Part shown: positions 41,140 to 51,968 of the stretch, piece by piece | Layout: each line of letters opens with the position of its first letter | Position numbering within the stretch: position 1 is the stretch's first letter | Origin: an uncultured Candidatus Saccharibacteria bacterium | GTDB lineage: Bacteria; Patescibacteriota; Minisyncoccia; Phycocordibacterales; UBA1006 | Assembly (NCBI GenBank): GCA_964592365.1 | Contig: CAZQDL010000001.1 | Coordinates: 13,198-77,197, forward strand | Direction of reading: 5' to 3' | Length of the DNA stretch: 64,000 nucleotides | Made by a program: the position numbers and the translations under genes | The notes under the pieces: model-generated | What the model was told of the DNA's origin: nothing | Databases searched by the model: none | What the model saw: the letters and a program-made list of their open reading frames with translations, nothing else

Positions 41140-43257
41140 ATGAATAAACTAAAACATCTTCTTATTGTGTGTGCATTTGCTCTAAGCATGTTCATGCAAC
41201 CATTTTCTTTTTCTCAAGGGGAAGATCAAATAGCAATTATAACGGATATTAATTATTCTTATGCACAAGAAGTAGCCACAAGTAACGATGTATCTGAGGG
41301 TTTCCTTACTGTTGAATGTGATGGAATTGATTTAGGATGTTATTTTGCAAACGGTGTACTTTATTTTTTCCACCTTGTTTGGTATTCAACCACCCAAGTA
41401 CTAGCATTCATTGCAGGATTTACCCTTGATGTACTTTTATTCCACTCAATTAGCAGTGCTACATATCGAACTGGACTTATCGAAGCTGGTTGGGAGATTC
41501 TCAGAAATCTAACTAATATTGTTTTCATTTTCTCTTTACTATTTATCGCCTTTAAAATGGTTCTCTCTGGATCATCATCGATAAAAAAGGTGTTAATCAA
41601 AACTATATTAGTTGCTTTGGTAATTAATTTTAGTTTGTACATGAGTTACGTTATCATTGACTCATCAAATATTTTGGCAAATATTTTCTATCAGCGAATA
41701 GAAATTGATAATCAATCACGGACGACAAATGAATTCATCAATACTTTTTTCTCAGCACAGACAATGAAATCACCGTCTGCAGCATTGGTAAGTAAGTTTG
41801 AACCACAAGCCATCATTACGAAAGCAGGACCTGATTTGAACACAACTCAACGTTTCTTAGTAGTATTTAGTGCTGGTGGAATCAATATTCTAATGATATC
41901 TATCTTCTTAAGTATTATCCTCCTTTTCTTAGGAAGAACGGTAGGGTTAATGCTTTCTGTGATTCTTGCTCCTCTTGCTTTTGTAACCCTAGCAATACCT
42001 ACAAGTGATATGAGTAATATAAAGTGGATTGGTTTTAATTCATGGTTAAAGCAACTCATTACGTTGTCATTTATGGCACCTGTGTACCTATTCTTCTTAT
42101 ATTTGATAATAATATTTGCAAATAACGATGCACTCTTTAATTCTATTAACATTGCAGGGAATACAGGTACAGGAAGTACTAATGTTATTAATATTATCCT
42201 TGGAGTTATTCTTCCTTTCTCTTTGATTGCAATCCTTCTTACAACTGCTAAGAAAATTACCACAGACATGGCTGGTGATCTTGGAGGAAGAATTAGTGAG
42301 TATGCTTCAAAAGGACTCACTGGAGCTGCAGCCGTTGGACTTGGAGCTGCGACTATGGGAATTGCAGCAACTGGTGGTGCAGCAAGACTTCTTGGTAAAG
42401 GTGCTTCAAAAATAGGTATGGAAGGAACAGGTAAATTCCTAGAAGGAGCAGGTAAGTGGGGTCAAACTGCAAAATTTGATGCATCAAAAATTCCTGGTTT
42501 TGAAAATACTTTTGGAAAAAATACCTTTGCATCAAAAGTTGCTAAAGGTATTGGAAGTACAAGCTATTCAGATATTGATACTGGAGTAAGAGGAGCAGCT
42601 AACAAGGTAAGATCAGGTATTAGTGACTTTAATACCGGAAGGACTCCTGAGAGCGTTGCTCAATGGGAAAAAAATGTTCAGGATAGTAGAAATGCTAATA
42701 CTCAAAGGAGAGCTGATAATCAAGCAAGGGTGGCTAGTGACGATGCAAAAACTGAAAGAAATAAAATTGCCATCAATACAGATCCTTTTGGAACAATTAC
42801 TTATATGCCAGAAGGCGCGCGTGTACAAGACAAACTAGAAGAATACAGACAAAAACGTGCTGAGATGGATGAAGCAGCTGTTAAAAGAGAGAAGAAGGAT
42901 ATAGATGATGCAAAAGCAATACTCGAGGCAGAAATTCAGGTTCTTCAAAAAGAATCTAAGGGGTCAACAAACCCTGCTGAAATTGCAACGAAGAAACAGG
43001 CTATTGCCGATAAAAAGAAGAAAATTGAACAAATTGAACAGACATCTACTGAGGGAGTTATCAAACAACTTGAAAAAGTCATTAGTACAGCTGAAACTAA
43101 TGCTAAGGCACAGATGTTCATAGATGATAATTATAATAGAAATAATACTCAGGATTCAAACTTCACGATGTCAGGAGATAGAAGAAGAGAACGTGTCCGG
43201 AAACAAGCATCAGAATACGTTAAGAATGGAGGTAATAATTCTAAAGACAAGAAATAA
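41140..43257 (+). CDS. VirB6/TrbL-like polytopic membrane protein
   Basis: GWEILRNLTNI, ALVINFS, ILAPLAF, Gly/Ala-rich tail then coiled coil. Confidence 0.7.
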   Translation: MNKLKHLLIVCAFALSMFMQPFSFSQGEDQIAIITDINYSYAQEVATSNDVSEGFLTVECDGIDLGCYFANGVLYFFHLVWYSTTQVLAFIAGFTLDVLLFHSISSATYRTGLIEAGWEILRNLTNIVFIFSLLFIAFKMVLSGSSSIKKVLIKTILVALVINFSLYMSYVIIDSSNILANIFYQRIEIDNQSRTTNEFINTFFSAQTMKSPSAALVSKFEPQAIITKAGPDLNTTQRFLVVFSAGGINILMISIFLSIILLFLGRTVGLMLSVILAPLAFVTLAIPTSDMSNIKWIGFNSWLKQLITLSFMAPVYLFFLYLIIIFANNDALFNSINIAGNTGTGSTNVINIILGVILPFSLIAILLTTAKKITTDMAGDLGGRISEYASKGLTGAAAVGLGAATMGIAATGGAARLLGKGASKIGMEGTGKFLEGAGKWGQTAKFDASKIPGFENTFGKNTFASKVAKGIGSTSYSDIDTGVRGAANKVRSGISDFNTGRTPESVAQWEKNVQDSRNANTQRRADNQARVASDDAKTERNKIAINTDPFGTITYMPEGARVQDKLEEYRQKRAEMDEAAVKREKKDIDDAKAILEAEIQVLQKESKGSTNPAEIATKKQAIADKKKKIEQIEQTSTEGVIKQLEKVISTAETNAKAQMFIDDNYNRNNTQDSNFTMSGDRRRERVRKQASEYVKNGGNNSKDKK

Positions 43258-43308
43258 TAAAAAGAACCATCAGGTTCTTTTTATTATTTCATTTGATATA
43301 CTTTTAAT

Positions 43309-43965
43309 ATGAATACTAATGCTCAAAAAATTAGACACGCTCTTGCTGATTTACCAGAAAATATACAACATGCAGTAAATATTTTTAACTGGGAGAAAAT
43401 TATTCCATCAATAGCCTCAAAGTATAATATTCAATTAGATGAGGCATGGATATTTCAAGAAGAAACAATGAAGGTTGTTGTAGGTATATCTCCTTCCTCT
43501 GAGTATAAGAAAAACTTAATGAAAGCTTTGAATATTAATTCTCAGCTTGCAGAAGCATTACTTTTTGAAGCAAACACTCACATCTTTAAAGAATTACAAC
43601 GATTAGCGTTTAACAGCAAAGATGATGTAGATGATGATATTGTAAGTTCCATGAAAGACGAGGGAATTCACCTTATCGATCATGAGGAAGATATGACCGT
43701 AGATTTTGATGAGGTCTCTGATCATCTCGATGAAGAAACACAGGTTGAAAAACAAGTTTCTCCTTCTGGGTATTCAGAAGAAATTACCGAAGATGATCTC
43801 ATAGGTATTTATGGGCACCGTATAAAAACAGAAGCTATTCCTGAAAAAAAAGATTTTCATGTTGAAGAATCACTACATGGAAAAACTAGGATTTCAAAAG
43901 AAGATAGTTTAATAGTTAAGGATATTAATGATGGTCATTTAGATGTAATAAAAAATAACGCTTAG
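43309..43965 (+). CDS. Acidic hypothetical protein
   Basis: 218-aa ORF with TATACT 6 nt upstream of the ATG. Confidence 0.6.
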   Translation: MNTNAQKIRHALADLPENIQHAVNIFNWEKIIPSIASKYNIQLDEAWIFQEETMKVVVGISPSSEYKKNLMKALNINSQLAEALLFEANTHIFKELQRLAFNSKDDVDDDIVSSMKDEGIHLIDHEEDMTVDFDEVSDHLDEETQVEKQVSPSGYSEEITEDDLIGIYGHRIKTEAIPEKKDFHVEESLHGKTRISKEDSLIVKDINDGHLDVIKNNA

Positions 43966-43974
43966 CGTTATTTT

Positions 43975-44619
43975 TTATGTATTCAACTCTGGAATATTTC
44001 GATGTCCTTCACCTGGGTTAAACATGTTGTAGAATACTTCGATAGCTTGTTGGGTGTTTAGCTGTTCTGAACGTACACCAAAACGTGATAGCCCACCCTT
44101 TACGATAGCTACACGCTGTTCAAGCTGACTTCGCTGTTCTTCGAATCTTTGAGTCTCTTCTTGAAATGACTTTTTCTTTGTAGAAAGTAAGTCCTTAAAT
44201 ATACTACTGGTGCTTTGTTGTGCAGTGAATGCCGCTCCTGAATATGGAACAACTACATAAAATCGTTTAGACATGATATTTACTGAGTCAGTAAACCATC
44301 TGATAAATTCAATATATTCTCTAGTTTGTAATCGAAGAAGCTCTTCTGTTTGTTGTCCAATTCTTTGCTCAAGAGTCATTAGATATGGCTTTATATCATA
44401 TCTACGTGATCCAACTGCAATTTGAACAGGGAAATCAAGTGAGTTGAGGAATCCTTGGAATTGCATAATAACAGCTTGCTGTTCATCTTCTGATTTTAAG
44501 GCAATGTTAATAGCCGAAGCAAGTAATATTGCTCTTAAACTTCCATCTTGAAGTACTACAATACCGTCACGAATTTCTTTGATAGGTATAAAATCTTGTG
44601 TTCTTGGTCCGTTTGCCAT
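43975..44619 (-). CDS. VirB4-associated T4SS component
   Basis: TQDFIPIKEIRDG, LKSEDEQ, FLNSLDFPVQI, FYVVVP; adjacent to the PrgI-like gene. Confidence 0.65.
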   Translation of the reverse strand: MANGPRTQDFIPIKEIRDGIVVLQDGSLRAILLASAINIALKSEDEQQAVIMQFQGFLNSLDFPVQIAVGSRRYDIKPYLMTLEQRIGQQTEELLRLQTREYIEFIRWFTDSVNIMSKRFYVVVPYSGAAFTAQQSTSSIFKDLLSTKKKSFQEETQRFEEQRSQLEQRVAIVKGGLSRFGVRSEQLNTQQAIEVFYNMFNPGEGHRNIPELNT

Positions 44620-44672
44620 ATGAGTACCTCCAGTATACCACTATTAAAAAAATCTCTCATCAAATGAGAGAT

Positions 44673-45086
44673 TTATTCTTCTGAATCAAGAATATCTAAA
44701 CTCCAAGCAAGGTCAGAAACTCTCTGTTGGTGAATTCGCTGTTGAGTATCTGTAAATAGCTGAGGAGTTTCTGGTAGTTCTTTTATTTCAACTGAATTGC
44801 TCTTTTCTTCTTTTCTTCTCCATAGGTAGAATCTTTCTGAAAAAGCATAGATGAGGTAGGATTCAACCATTTTAATAAAAGGTCGTCCGTTTGGTTTGAT
44901 AAACACTAAAGCTAGGGTAAATGCTGCAATAGGTAAACCAAGTATTACCACAACAAAGGTAGGTAGAAGTCGGTAGATCAAGAAGATAAGTCCACCTCCA
45001 CCAACTAAATAAATAGATTGTTTGAAGGTGAAGGGACCAAATAGCTTATCCTCTACATTAATAAATTGGGGAACTTCAAATCTCAT
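44673..45086 (-). CDS. PrgI-family (VirB3-like) membrane protein
   Basis: VPQFINVEDKLFGPFTFKQ, two TMs, NGRPF. Confidence 0.8.
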   Translation of the reverse strand: MRFEVPQFINVEDKLFGPFTFKQSIYLVGGGGLIFLIYRLLPTFVVVILGLPIAAFTLALVFIKPNGRPFIKMVESYLIYAFSERFYLWRRKEEKSNSVEIKELPETPQLFTDTQQRIHQQRVSDLAWSLDILDSEE

Positions 45087-45122
45087 ACTTTTAGTATATC
45101 TCTATAGTTTTTTTCTGTCATC

Positions 45123-46139
45123 TTAAGATGAAAAAGATATGCTAATATTTTCTGAAGCTGATTGTAAAATATTATTTATACTGTCTAGATTTACCCCAAT
45201 ATCAACATTTCCAGATTGTCCTCCTGATGAAATAAATAGTTCATTCTGTCTTCCAAAATCTTGAGGAGCTTGATTTTCATTATTGATAGACCACTGTACG
45301 AAAAGATCAGTAAAATTTCTTTGTATAGTACTCATGTGTAAAGGATGGAAAGAAAATTTTACCTGAGATCCATTTATTTCTGAACGAGTATTTAATGCTC
45401 TTTGAGTAAGAATTCTTTCCTTTTCATCAATTTCGTAGAATAAGATTTTTGGTAAGAAGGTATTTGTTGAAATATCAATAGTGTTACGCGCAAAAGAGTT
45501 TTCTCTTCTGTCATTTGCCGTCACGCTAATCTTTTCAGTAAAGTTTAGCGCCCCTGCTTCTATCGTATATGATTGTCTTCCAAAACCAGATGCCTTACTA
45601 TCATTAGTGTAATTATTTTCCCAATAGTAAATTAAATTTTTAGCATCAGTTGGTGAAATTAACTGAGTTTGAGGAATTGCTGTTATCTTTATCGTTGATT
45701 GAGGTAAGGGAAGTACCTTTCCTTTATAAAAAGGAGGGATATATCCATCTTCAACTTCCCAAAGAAGATCTATTTCTGAAGGTGAAAATCTAAGTTCTTT
45801 TCTAAAAACCTGATTACCAATTTCAATAACAGCAGTAAGGTTAGTTACACTACCTAAAGAGCCTGTTCTAAAAACAAATTCCTTTGCTCCATAATCTGCG
45901 CTTTTTCTCTCACCATTTTCAAACCAAGAAATATAATAGTTATTAAGATTAAAGCTATAACTATTAAGAATTACTCGAACTTCTTCATCAACTCCAGGAA
46001 TAAGGGGGATTGTTTCAACTAAAATATCGTTTTCTGAATAAAGTGATACCCCTTGGGCCTTCACTTCTTTGGTAACAAGAAAAAAACTGATTATCAGAAA
46101 AAAGATTAGAGATATAGTCAGTAGAGGTTTTCTTTTCAT
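45123..46139 (-). CDS. Secreted Ig-like beta-sandwich protein
   Basis: Signal peptide VKA-Q; DLLWE...YIPPFYKGK motif. Confidence 0.55.
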   Translation of the reverse strand: MKRKPLLTISLIFFLIISFFLVTKEVKAQGVSLYSENDILVETIPLIPGVDEEVRVILNSYSFNLNNYYISWFENGERKSADYGAKEFVFRTGSLGSVTNLTAVIEIGNQVFRKELRFSPSEIDLLWEVEDGYIPPFYKGKVLPLPQSTIKITAIPQTQLISPTDAKNLIYYWENNYTNDSKASGFGRQSYTIEAGALNFTEKISVTANDRRENSFARNTIDISTNTFLPKILFYEIDEKERILTQRALNTRSEINGSQVKFSFHPLHMSTIQRNFTDLFVQWSINNENQAPQDFGRQNELFISSGGQSGNVDIGVNLDSINNILQSASENISISFSS

Positions 46140-46219
46140 TTATACTTATATTATACCTAGACATATATATTTAACAAAAGTAATTTATTTTAATATAGAT
46201 ATATCGTATAATAGTAAGC

Positions 46220-48376
46220 ATGAAAAAGTTTTTATTATTTTCACTCCTTACTATTATCTTCTCTTTTGGTGTTCAATATAACAATGAAGCTATTGCTCAA
46301 GAAGAATGTTCTGTTACTTCAGCTTCGTTTAGTGAAATTACGGGGTGGACAAGTAGCAACCGGTTTGAAGGAAACTTTACAAACCTAACCATTAGTACTT
46401 CAGGTGACTGTTCTGCTGGATTAAGCATTAACTTAAAAAAAGTAGATGATAGAGGAAAACACTTGCCGGCTGTTATTAATAAAATGCCAGCAAAACTTGT
46501 ACCTGGTCCTATATCTAAGAAAATAATTGCCAAGTTTAAGCTTTATGAAGATACCTGTTATGGATACAATAATGAATCTACTCGCGGCCTTAATTGGGGA
46601 TATGACTGTGTTACATATATTGAAATAACTCATAAAGATAAGGTAATATTTTCACCTAAAAATGTAACAGGATTCAATGCTGACTACATTCGAGATACCA
46701 AAGATTCAATCGTAGAGATGAGAAATCAAGGAATTCTACTTGGAAACTGTACCTTAGATTGTGCATACGGTACTCAAGATGAGAAAGGTGCTCATAACTG
46801 GATTTTTTGGGGGACGTTTGATGGAAATGGCTCAATTGGAGATTCAAATGCCCTTCAAAGTAAATGTAAAATAACCGACGAAGATGTTTCTTTCAGCGGG
46901 ATGAAGAATAGAGTAATAACAAATGCTTCTCCTGTACTAAAAATAAATACTAAAGACTGTATTGGTGTTAAATTAAGTGTAAGCCTTATGGAAGGAAGTG
47001 GTTACATAGATATTGAAATTAATGATGACGTTACGAGGACAACGATTGATGTTATCCCAAAAGATGAAGTTGTTACTTTTTTATATGAAGCAGGGAATGA
47101 GGAGTGTAATATTTTAGGTAATCCTGATTGTCAGATATATCTTTACATACAATACAATGGAAATGTCTATAGTAATGAGGAACTTCTTACCGGTCACATA
47201 TACAAATATGCTGAGTCAGAAACATATTCTTCATACTTAGATGATGGAATCCTTCTTGGAGATTGTGCTTATGTTGCTCCCACTAATCAATTTAATTTTG
47301 TATCAAATTGTTTAGCTGGAAAAAGTGATTGGACCCTAAAGGGAGTAGATGGAGTTGAAACATCAGCAACAGGATCTCCTGCACAAGAAGTTGCCATTAC
47401 ACAAAAATTTGATAGAAATCACCCCTGTCACAATGGAAAATCTGGAGATGAAGAGGCATATCTCCGAGATTGTTATGAACTCCTTGCTCCCATTCCTGGA
47501 ATCTCAAGTACATATACTGATGGATCAGGATCAACAAGAAGTACTGGTTTTGAAGTAACAGAAGATGGACGTCAGTTTGTTAAAAACATTGGTCAATTAC
47601 AAATTGGTGATTATATAAATACTTTAGTAAGGATTGCATTAGGAGTACTTATTGTTCTTTCAATTATCATGATAATAATTGCAGGAGTTGAGTACATGGT
47701 TCAAGAAAGTATGTTTGGAAAATCTGCTGCGAAATCAAGAATTGCTAATGCATTAAGTGGTCTAATTGTTGGATTAAGTATCTATTTAATCCTTTCAACA
47801 ATTAACCCACAACTTCTTGAAGTTAACTTTTCACCACCAGTACAAGAACTACTGGTTATCGGAGATGGAGGGGTTGAGCCAGTTGATCTTCCTTCTTTTG
47901 ATATTCCAGGAAACAGTTTGTGTAGTAGCTTTACTACTATTAACCAACCGGGGGCTATTCGCGCTAAAAAATTCAGTGTATGTAGCACGATAGCACCTAA
48001 GATTAATAATTTACTGAAAGATGCAAAGGCCGATGGTATTATTCTTAGTGCTTACGGGGCAAGAGAAACAAAAAAACAGATCGAATTACGAGTTAAAAAC
48101 TGTGGGGGTACTGCTCAGGTATATAATCCAAAAGCTACTTGTAAACCTCCAACAGCTCTCCCAGGTCAATCTATGCATGAAAGTGGATTAGCTTTAGATT
48201 TTATTTGTGTTGATGGAAACAAAGAAGGAACTGTTAATGTACATGAAGGAAATACAAATGGAACTAAAAAGGAGTGGACAAGGGGATGCTATGAATGGAT
48301 CAAGAAAAATGCATCTAAATATGGACTGAAGGGTCTCAAATCAGAAAATTGGCACTGGTCAACAACAGGAAGATAA
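46220..48376 (+). CDS. VirB2/TrbC-like pilin domain fused to two Cys-rich repeats and a C-terminal M15 (VanY-like) peptidase
   Basis: IIIAGVEYM...AKSRIANALSGL...ILSTINPQL pilin hairpin; SMHESGLALD and ENWH zinc-peptidase motifs. Confidence 0.75.
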   Translation: MKKFLLFSLLTIIFSFGVQYNNEAIAQEECSVTSASFSEITGWTSSNRFEGNFTNLTISTSGDCSAGLSINLKKVDDRGKHLPAVINKMPAKLVPGPISKKIIAKFKLYEDTCYGYNNESTRGLNWGYDCVTYIEITHKDKVIFSPKNVTGFNADYIRDTKDSIVEMRNQGILLGNCTLDCAYGTQDEKGAHNWIFWGTFDGNGSIGDSNALQSKCKITDEDVSFSGMKNRVITNASPVLKINTKDCIGVKLSVSLMEGSGYIDIEINDDVTRTTIDVIPKDEVVTFLYEAGNEECNILGNPDCQIYLYIQYNGNVYSNEELLTGHIYKYAESETYSSYLDDGILLGDCAYVAPTNQFNFVSNCLAGKSDWTLKGVDGVETSATGSPAQEVAITQKFDRNHPCHNGKSGDEEAYLRDCYELLAPIPGISSTYTDGSGSTRSTGFEVTEDGRQFVKNIGQLQIGDYINTLVRIALGVLIVLSIIMIIIAGVEYMVQESMFGKSAAKSRIANALSGLIVGLSIYLILSTINPQLLEVNFSPPVQELLVIGDGGVEPVDLPSFDIPGNSLCSSFTTINQPGAIRAKKFSVCSTIAPKINNLLKDAKADGIILSAYGARETKKQIELRVKNCGGTAQVYNPKATCKPPTALPGQSMHESGLALDFICVDGNKEGTVNVHEGNTNGTKKEWTRGCYEWIKKNASKYGLKGLKSENWHWSTTGR

Positions 48377-48379
48377 TAT

Positions 48380-50035
48380 ATGAAAATCAATATCAAAAAA
48401 GTAATACTCTTTATCATCATTAGTACCGCACTCATTTTAGGAGGGGTATGGCTTTTTGGATATTTTCAAAATGGTAATCAAGGTGAAGAAACTTCAGGTG
48501 GTTTAAGAAATTTATTTCCATTCGGAGAAATCTTTTCTGGATCAAGGAATGAAGAAAATAGTCAAAACATCATTCTTGATGAAAATGGTAATCCTGTTCA
48601 ACAAGTTGATGGAGAAGAAGATGTTGTTAATGCAACAAGACCTCAACTTCAACTTATCACAAATAAACCAACAGGTGGTTTTGTAGCCTTAACAAGAATT
48701 ACACAGGAAGAAGTACTCACTGAAACAACCTTGCCTGACGGAACAACAAGTCAGCAATCATCTATTGCAGATATTGAGCAATCTCTCATTCGATATAGTG
48801 ATATTAATTCTGGTACGATATATGAAACAGCTCTCGGTGGTGAAAATGCATTCAATGAAGTAAAGGTGATTGATAATGTGATACCAAATGCTGAACACTC
48901 ATTTTTCTCAGCTAATGGTAACCATGTAGCCTTTCAATATTGGGATGAGGGAGATAGAGAAATAGAAACATATCTAGCAACGATAAGTCTTCTCTCATAC
49001 CAAGCTGAGCCTTGTGGATATAGTTTTGAAGGAACTCTAGTGCTTGGCGAAGAAAGTGAGTTTGCACTCAATCTCCATCGTTTCCTTAACTTAGTTCCAG
49101 AAACACAATTAGCAAGCTCAGGGATAAATAGTTTAGGAAATGAATCTCCTTTAGTAACACAGTCTACTTTCGATGCTATATCACGCTTCCAGACAGTTCA
49201 TAATCTTTCTGTTGATGGTTCATTAGGTCCTCAGACACGTTCAAAAATGATAGAAGTATGTAATCTTCAAGAAGAACAAAAGGCTAAGGAACGTTTTGAA
49301 AATTCAGATACTAAATATGAAATCTTTGGATCTTTTCTTCCAGAAGGAATAGTAAGTTTAAGTATGCACCCTCTTGAAAATAAACTTTTCTTTTTAGAAA
49401 AGAGTGCTTCAGGGATATTAGGGAATATATACGATCTAATGTCACAAGAACGGAAAACCGTATTTACATCACCATTCACTGAATGGTTAAGCTATTGGAA
49501 TATTGGTAGAAATGTTGAACTTGTAACCAAACCAAGTTATGGAGTTGAAGGGTATAGTTATAACTTGAATATTGATAATGGTGATTACAAAAAATCATTT
49601 AGAGAACGAAAAGGTCTTATGGTATTACCAAGTCCTGATGATAAGAAATTATTAGTATTTGATACTGAACAAGGTAGACCGAGTCTATCTATCTATGAAA
49701 GAGAATTAAATAGATTTCTCCCTCTATCCATTCAAACCTTTATAGATAAGTGTGTATGGTCAACTACTAGTGAATATCTCTTCTGTGGCGTTCCTGATTC
49801 GTTTGGATATGGTGATGTATACCCTGATACGTGGTATCAAGGACTTGAAACATACAGTGATAGTCTATGGAGAATTGACGCAACAACTCTTGAAGAAGAA
49901 GTTCTAAGCGACATGGTTAGTGATTATTCATTAAGCATTGATATTGAAAAAATTAATATTGATAGAAAAAATGAATTTCTGTTCTTTATTGATAAGAATT
50001 CTGAATTTCTTTGGAGTTATCGTATAGAAGAATAA
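48380..50035 (+). CDS. Membrane-anchored beta-propeller-like protein with internal peptidoglycan-binding domain
   Basis: N-terminal TM; AISRFQ..HNLSVDGSLGPQT; SPDDKK and KCVWS blade-like motifs. Confidence 0.6.
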   Translation: MKINIKKVILFIIISTALILGGVWLFGYFQNGNQGEETSGGLRNLFPFGEIFSGSRNEENSQNIILDENGNPVQQVDGEEDVVNATRPQLQLITNKPTGGFVALTRITQEEVLTETTLPDGTTSQQSSIADIEQSLIRYSDINSGTIYETALGGENAFNEVKVIDNVIPNAEHSFFSANGNHVAFQYWDEGDREIETYLATISLLSYQAEPCGYSFEGTLVLGEESEFALNLHRFLNLVPETQLASSGINSLGNESPLVTQSTFDAISRFQTVHNLSVDGSLGPQTRSKMIEVCNLQEEQKAKERFENSDTKYEIFGSFLPEGIVSLSMHPLENKLFFLEKSASGILGNIYDLMSQERKTVFTSPFTEWLSYWNIGRNVELVTKPSYGVEGYSYNLNIDNGDYKKSFRERKGLMVLPSPDDKKLLVFDTEQGRPSLSIYERELNRFLPLSIQTFIDKCVWSTTSEYLFCGVPDSFGYGDVYPDTWYQGLETYSDSLWRIDATTLEEEVLSDMVSDYSLSIDIEKINIDRKNEFLFFIDKNSEFLWSYRIEE

Positions 50036-50097
50036 TAAATACCACGTTTGTGGTATTTATTTTGTTACAAACATAAAATTCATAGTATACTATATGC

Positions 50098-51945
50098 ATG
50101 TCATTGATTTCAGATCTACTTGAAACAAATAAAAATAAGGGAGTTCAAATAAAGCAAACTGCTGTTCCTGTAATGCCTGGTGATATCTACAAAACAGCAA
50201 CACTAGAACTTCAGGATGTTTTAGCTCCAGCAGCACTTGAAATTGGCCCTAAATCAATAAAAATTGCAGGAAAAACATCACGTACTTTTTTTGTTATGTC
50301 ATATCCTCGTTTTCTAACTGATGGATGGCTTGCTCCTATTGTTAATCTGGATAAGGTTTTTGATGTTGGAATTCATATTCACCCTATTGCAACAGAAAAA
50401 ATACTTAATGAATTTAAGAAAAAAGTTGCTGAAGTTCAATCACAAATCAATGATAGGGAATCAAAAGGCTTGGTTCGTGATCCAATTTTAGATACTGCAT
50501 ATCAAGACCTTGAACAACTGCGAGATGCTCTACAGCAAGCTCAAGAAAAAATATTCTCTGTTGGTTTATATATCACTATCTATGCTGAAAGTGATGATGA
50601 ATTGTATAAGACAGAGAATGAAATTAGATCTCTACTTGAATCAAAATTGGTATATTTAAAACCAGCATTGTTTCAACAAGTAGAAGGTTTCTTATCTGTT
50701 GCACCATTAGGGGATGATCGTTTGGAAGTTCACACAAAGTTAAATACAGGACCTGTATCATCCTTCTTTCCATTTATTTCCTCAGAACTTACTGACAACA
50801 AGGGAATTCTCTATGGTATTAATAGACATAATTCTGGATTAGTTATTTTTGATAGGTATTCATTACCTAACTACAACTCTGTGATATTTGCTACTTCAGG
50901 AGCAGGAAAGTCATATGCAACGAAGTTAGAGATTCTTCGAACTATGATGTTTGATACTGAAGTTATTGTTATTGACCCTGAGCGTGAGTATGAATACTTA
51001 GCAGAAGCTGTTGGAGGACGTTACTTTAACATTTCTCTTTCTTCAGAACATCACATTAACCCTTTTGATGTTCCTGAACCTCTTGATGATGAAGATCCAT
51101 CAGATGTGTTAAGAACACATATTATTCACTTAGTTGGTCTCTTTAGAATTATGTTAGGAGGATTATCTCCTGAAGAAGATTCTATTATCGATAGAGCTAT
51201 TACTGAAACCTATGCACTTAAAGACATTAGCGTTTCAAGTAACTACAAGGGAATTGAACCTCCACTTATGTCAGATTTTGAGATGGTTCTCTCTTCAATG
51301 GATGGAAGTGATTCACTTCTTGCAAGACTTACTAAATATACTCATGGAACATGGTCTGGTTTTATTAACAAACCATCAAATGTTGATATTAACAGGAAAC
51401 TGGTTGTATTCTCAATTAGAGATATGGAAGATGATCTTAAGCCAGCTGCTATGTATATCATCACCCAATTCATCTGGAATGCAGTTAGAAAGAACATCAA
51501 GAAAAGGTTGTTGGTAGTTGATGAGGCTTGGTGGATGATGAAGTCAGATGATACTGCTTCATTCCTATTTATGATTGCAAAACGTGGAAGAAAATATTTC
51601 TTAGGTCTTGCAACGATAACTCAAGACGTTGGTGACTTCATCAAATCACGATATGGAGTACCTATTATCACTAACAGCTCAATGCAATTACTTCTCAAGC
51701 AATCGCCCAGTGCTATTGATAATCTTCAGGAGATATTCAGATTAACTGATGAAGAGAAATATCTCCTTATGGAATCTGGAGTAGGTGAAGGAATATTCTT
51801 TGCAGGTATGAAGCATGTGGCTATTAAAATAATTGCATCATACACCGAAGATCAAATTATCACCTCTGATCCTGCTCAAGTACTTTCAATTAAAAAGGCA
51901 AAACAAGATTTGAGAGATGCAAATGCTCAAGGCTATGCAAATTAA
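50098..51945 (+). CDS. virB4: VirB4-like ATPase
   Basis: Walker A ATSGAGKS, IDPEREY, INPFD, LLVVDEAW, KRGRKY, ITQD. Confidence 0.85.
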   Translation: MSLISDLLETNKNKGVQIKQTAVPVMPGDIYKTATLELQDVLAPAALEIGPKSIKIAGKTSRTFFVMSYPRFLTDGWLAPIVNLDKVFDVGIHIHPIATEKILNEFKKKVAEVQSQINDRESKGLVRDPILDTAYQDLEQLRDALQQAQEKIFSVGLYITIYAESDDELYKTENEIRSLLESKLVYLKPALFQQVEGFLSVAPLGDDRLEVHTKLNTGPVSSFFPFISSELTDNKGILYGINRHNSGLVIFDRYSLPNYNSVIFATSGAGKSYATKLEILRTMMFDTEVIVIDPEREYEYLAEAVGGRYFNISLSSEHHINPFDVPEPLDDEDPSDVLRTHIIHLVGLFRIMLGGLSPEEDSIIDRAITETYALKDISVSSNYKGIEPPLMSDFEMVLSSMDGSDSLLARLTKYTHGTWSGFINKPSNVDINRKLVVFSIRDMEDDLKPAAMYIITQFIWNAVRKNIKKRLLVVDEAWWMMKSDDTASFLFMIAKRGRKYFLGLATITQDVGDFIKSRYGVPIITNSSMQLLLKQSPSAIDNLQEIFRLTDEEKYLLMESGVGEGIFFAGMKHVAIKIIASYTEDQIITSDPAQVLSIKKAKQDLRDANAQGYAN

Positions 51946-51968
51946 AAGCTTCTGTATATCAGAAGCTT

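Noticed and set aside
36958-51945. Integrative conjugative element (recombinase plus virB4)
   Set aside because: The recombinase looks like a housekeeping Xer type, ppa intervenes, and no relaxase or att repeats are seen
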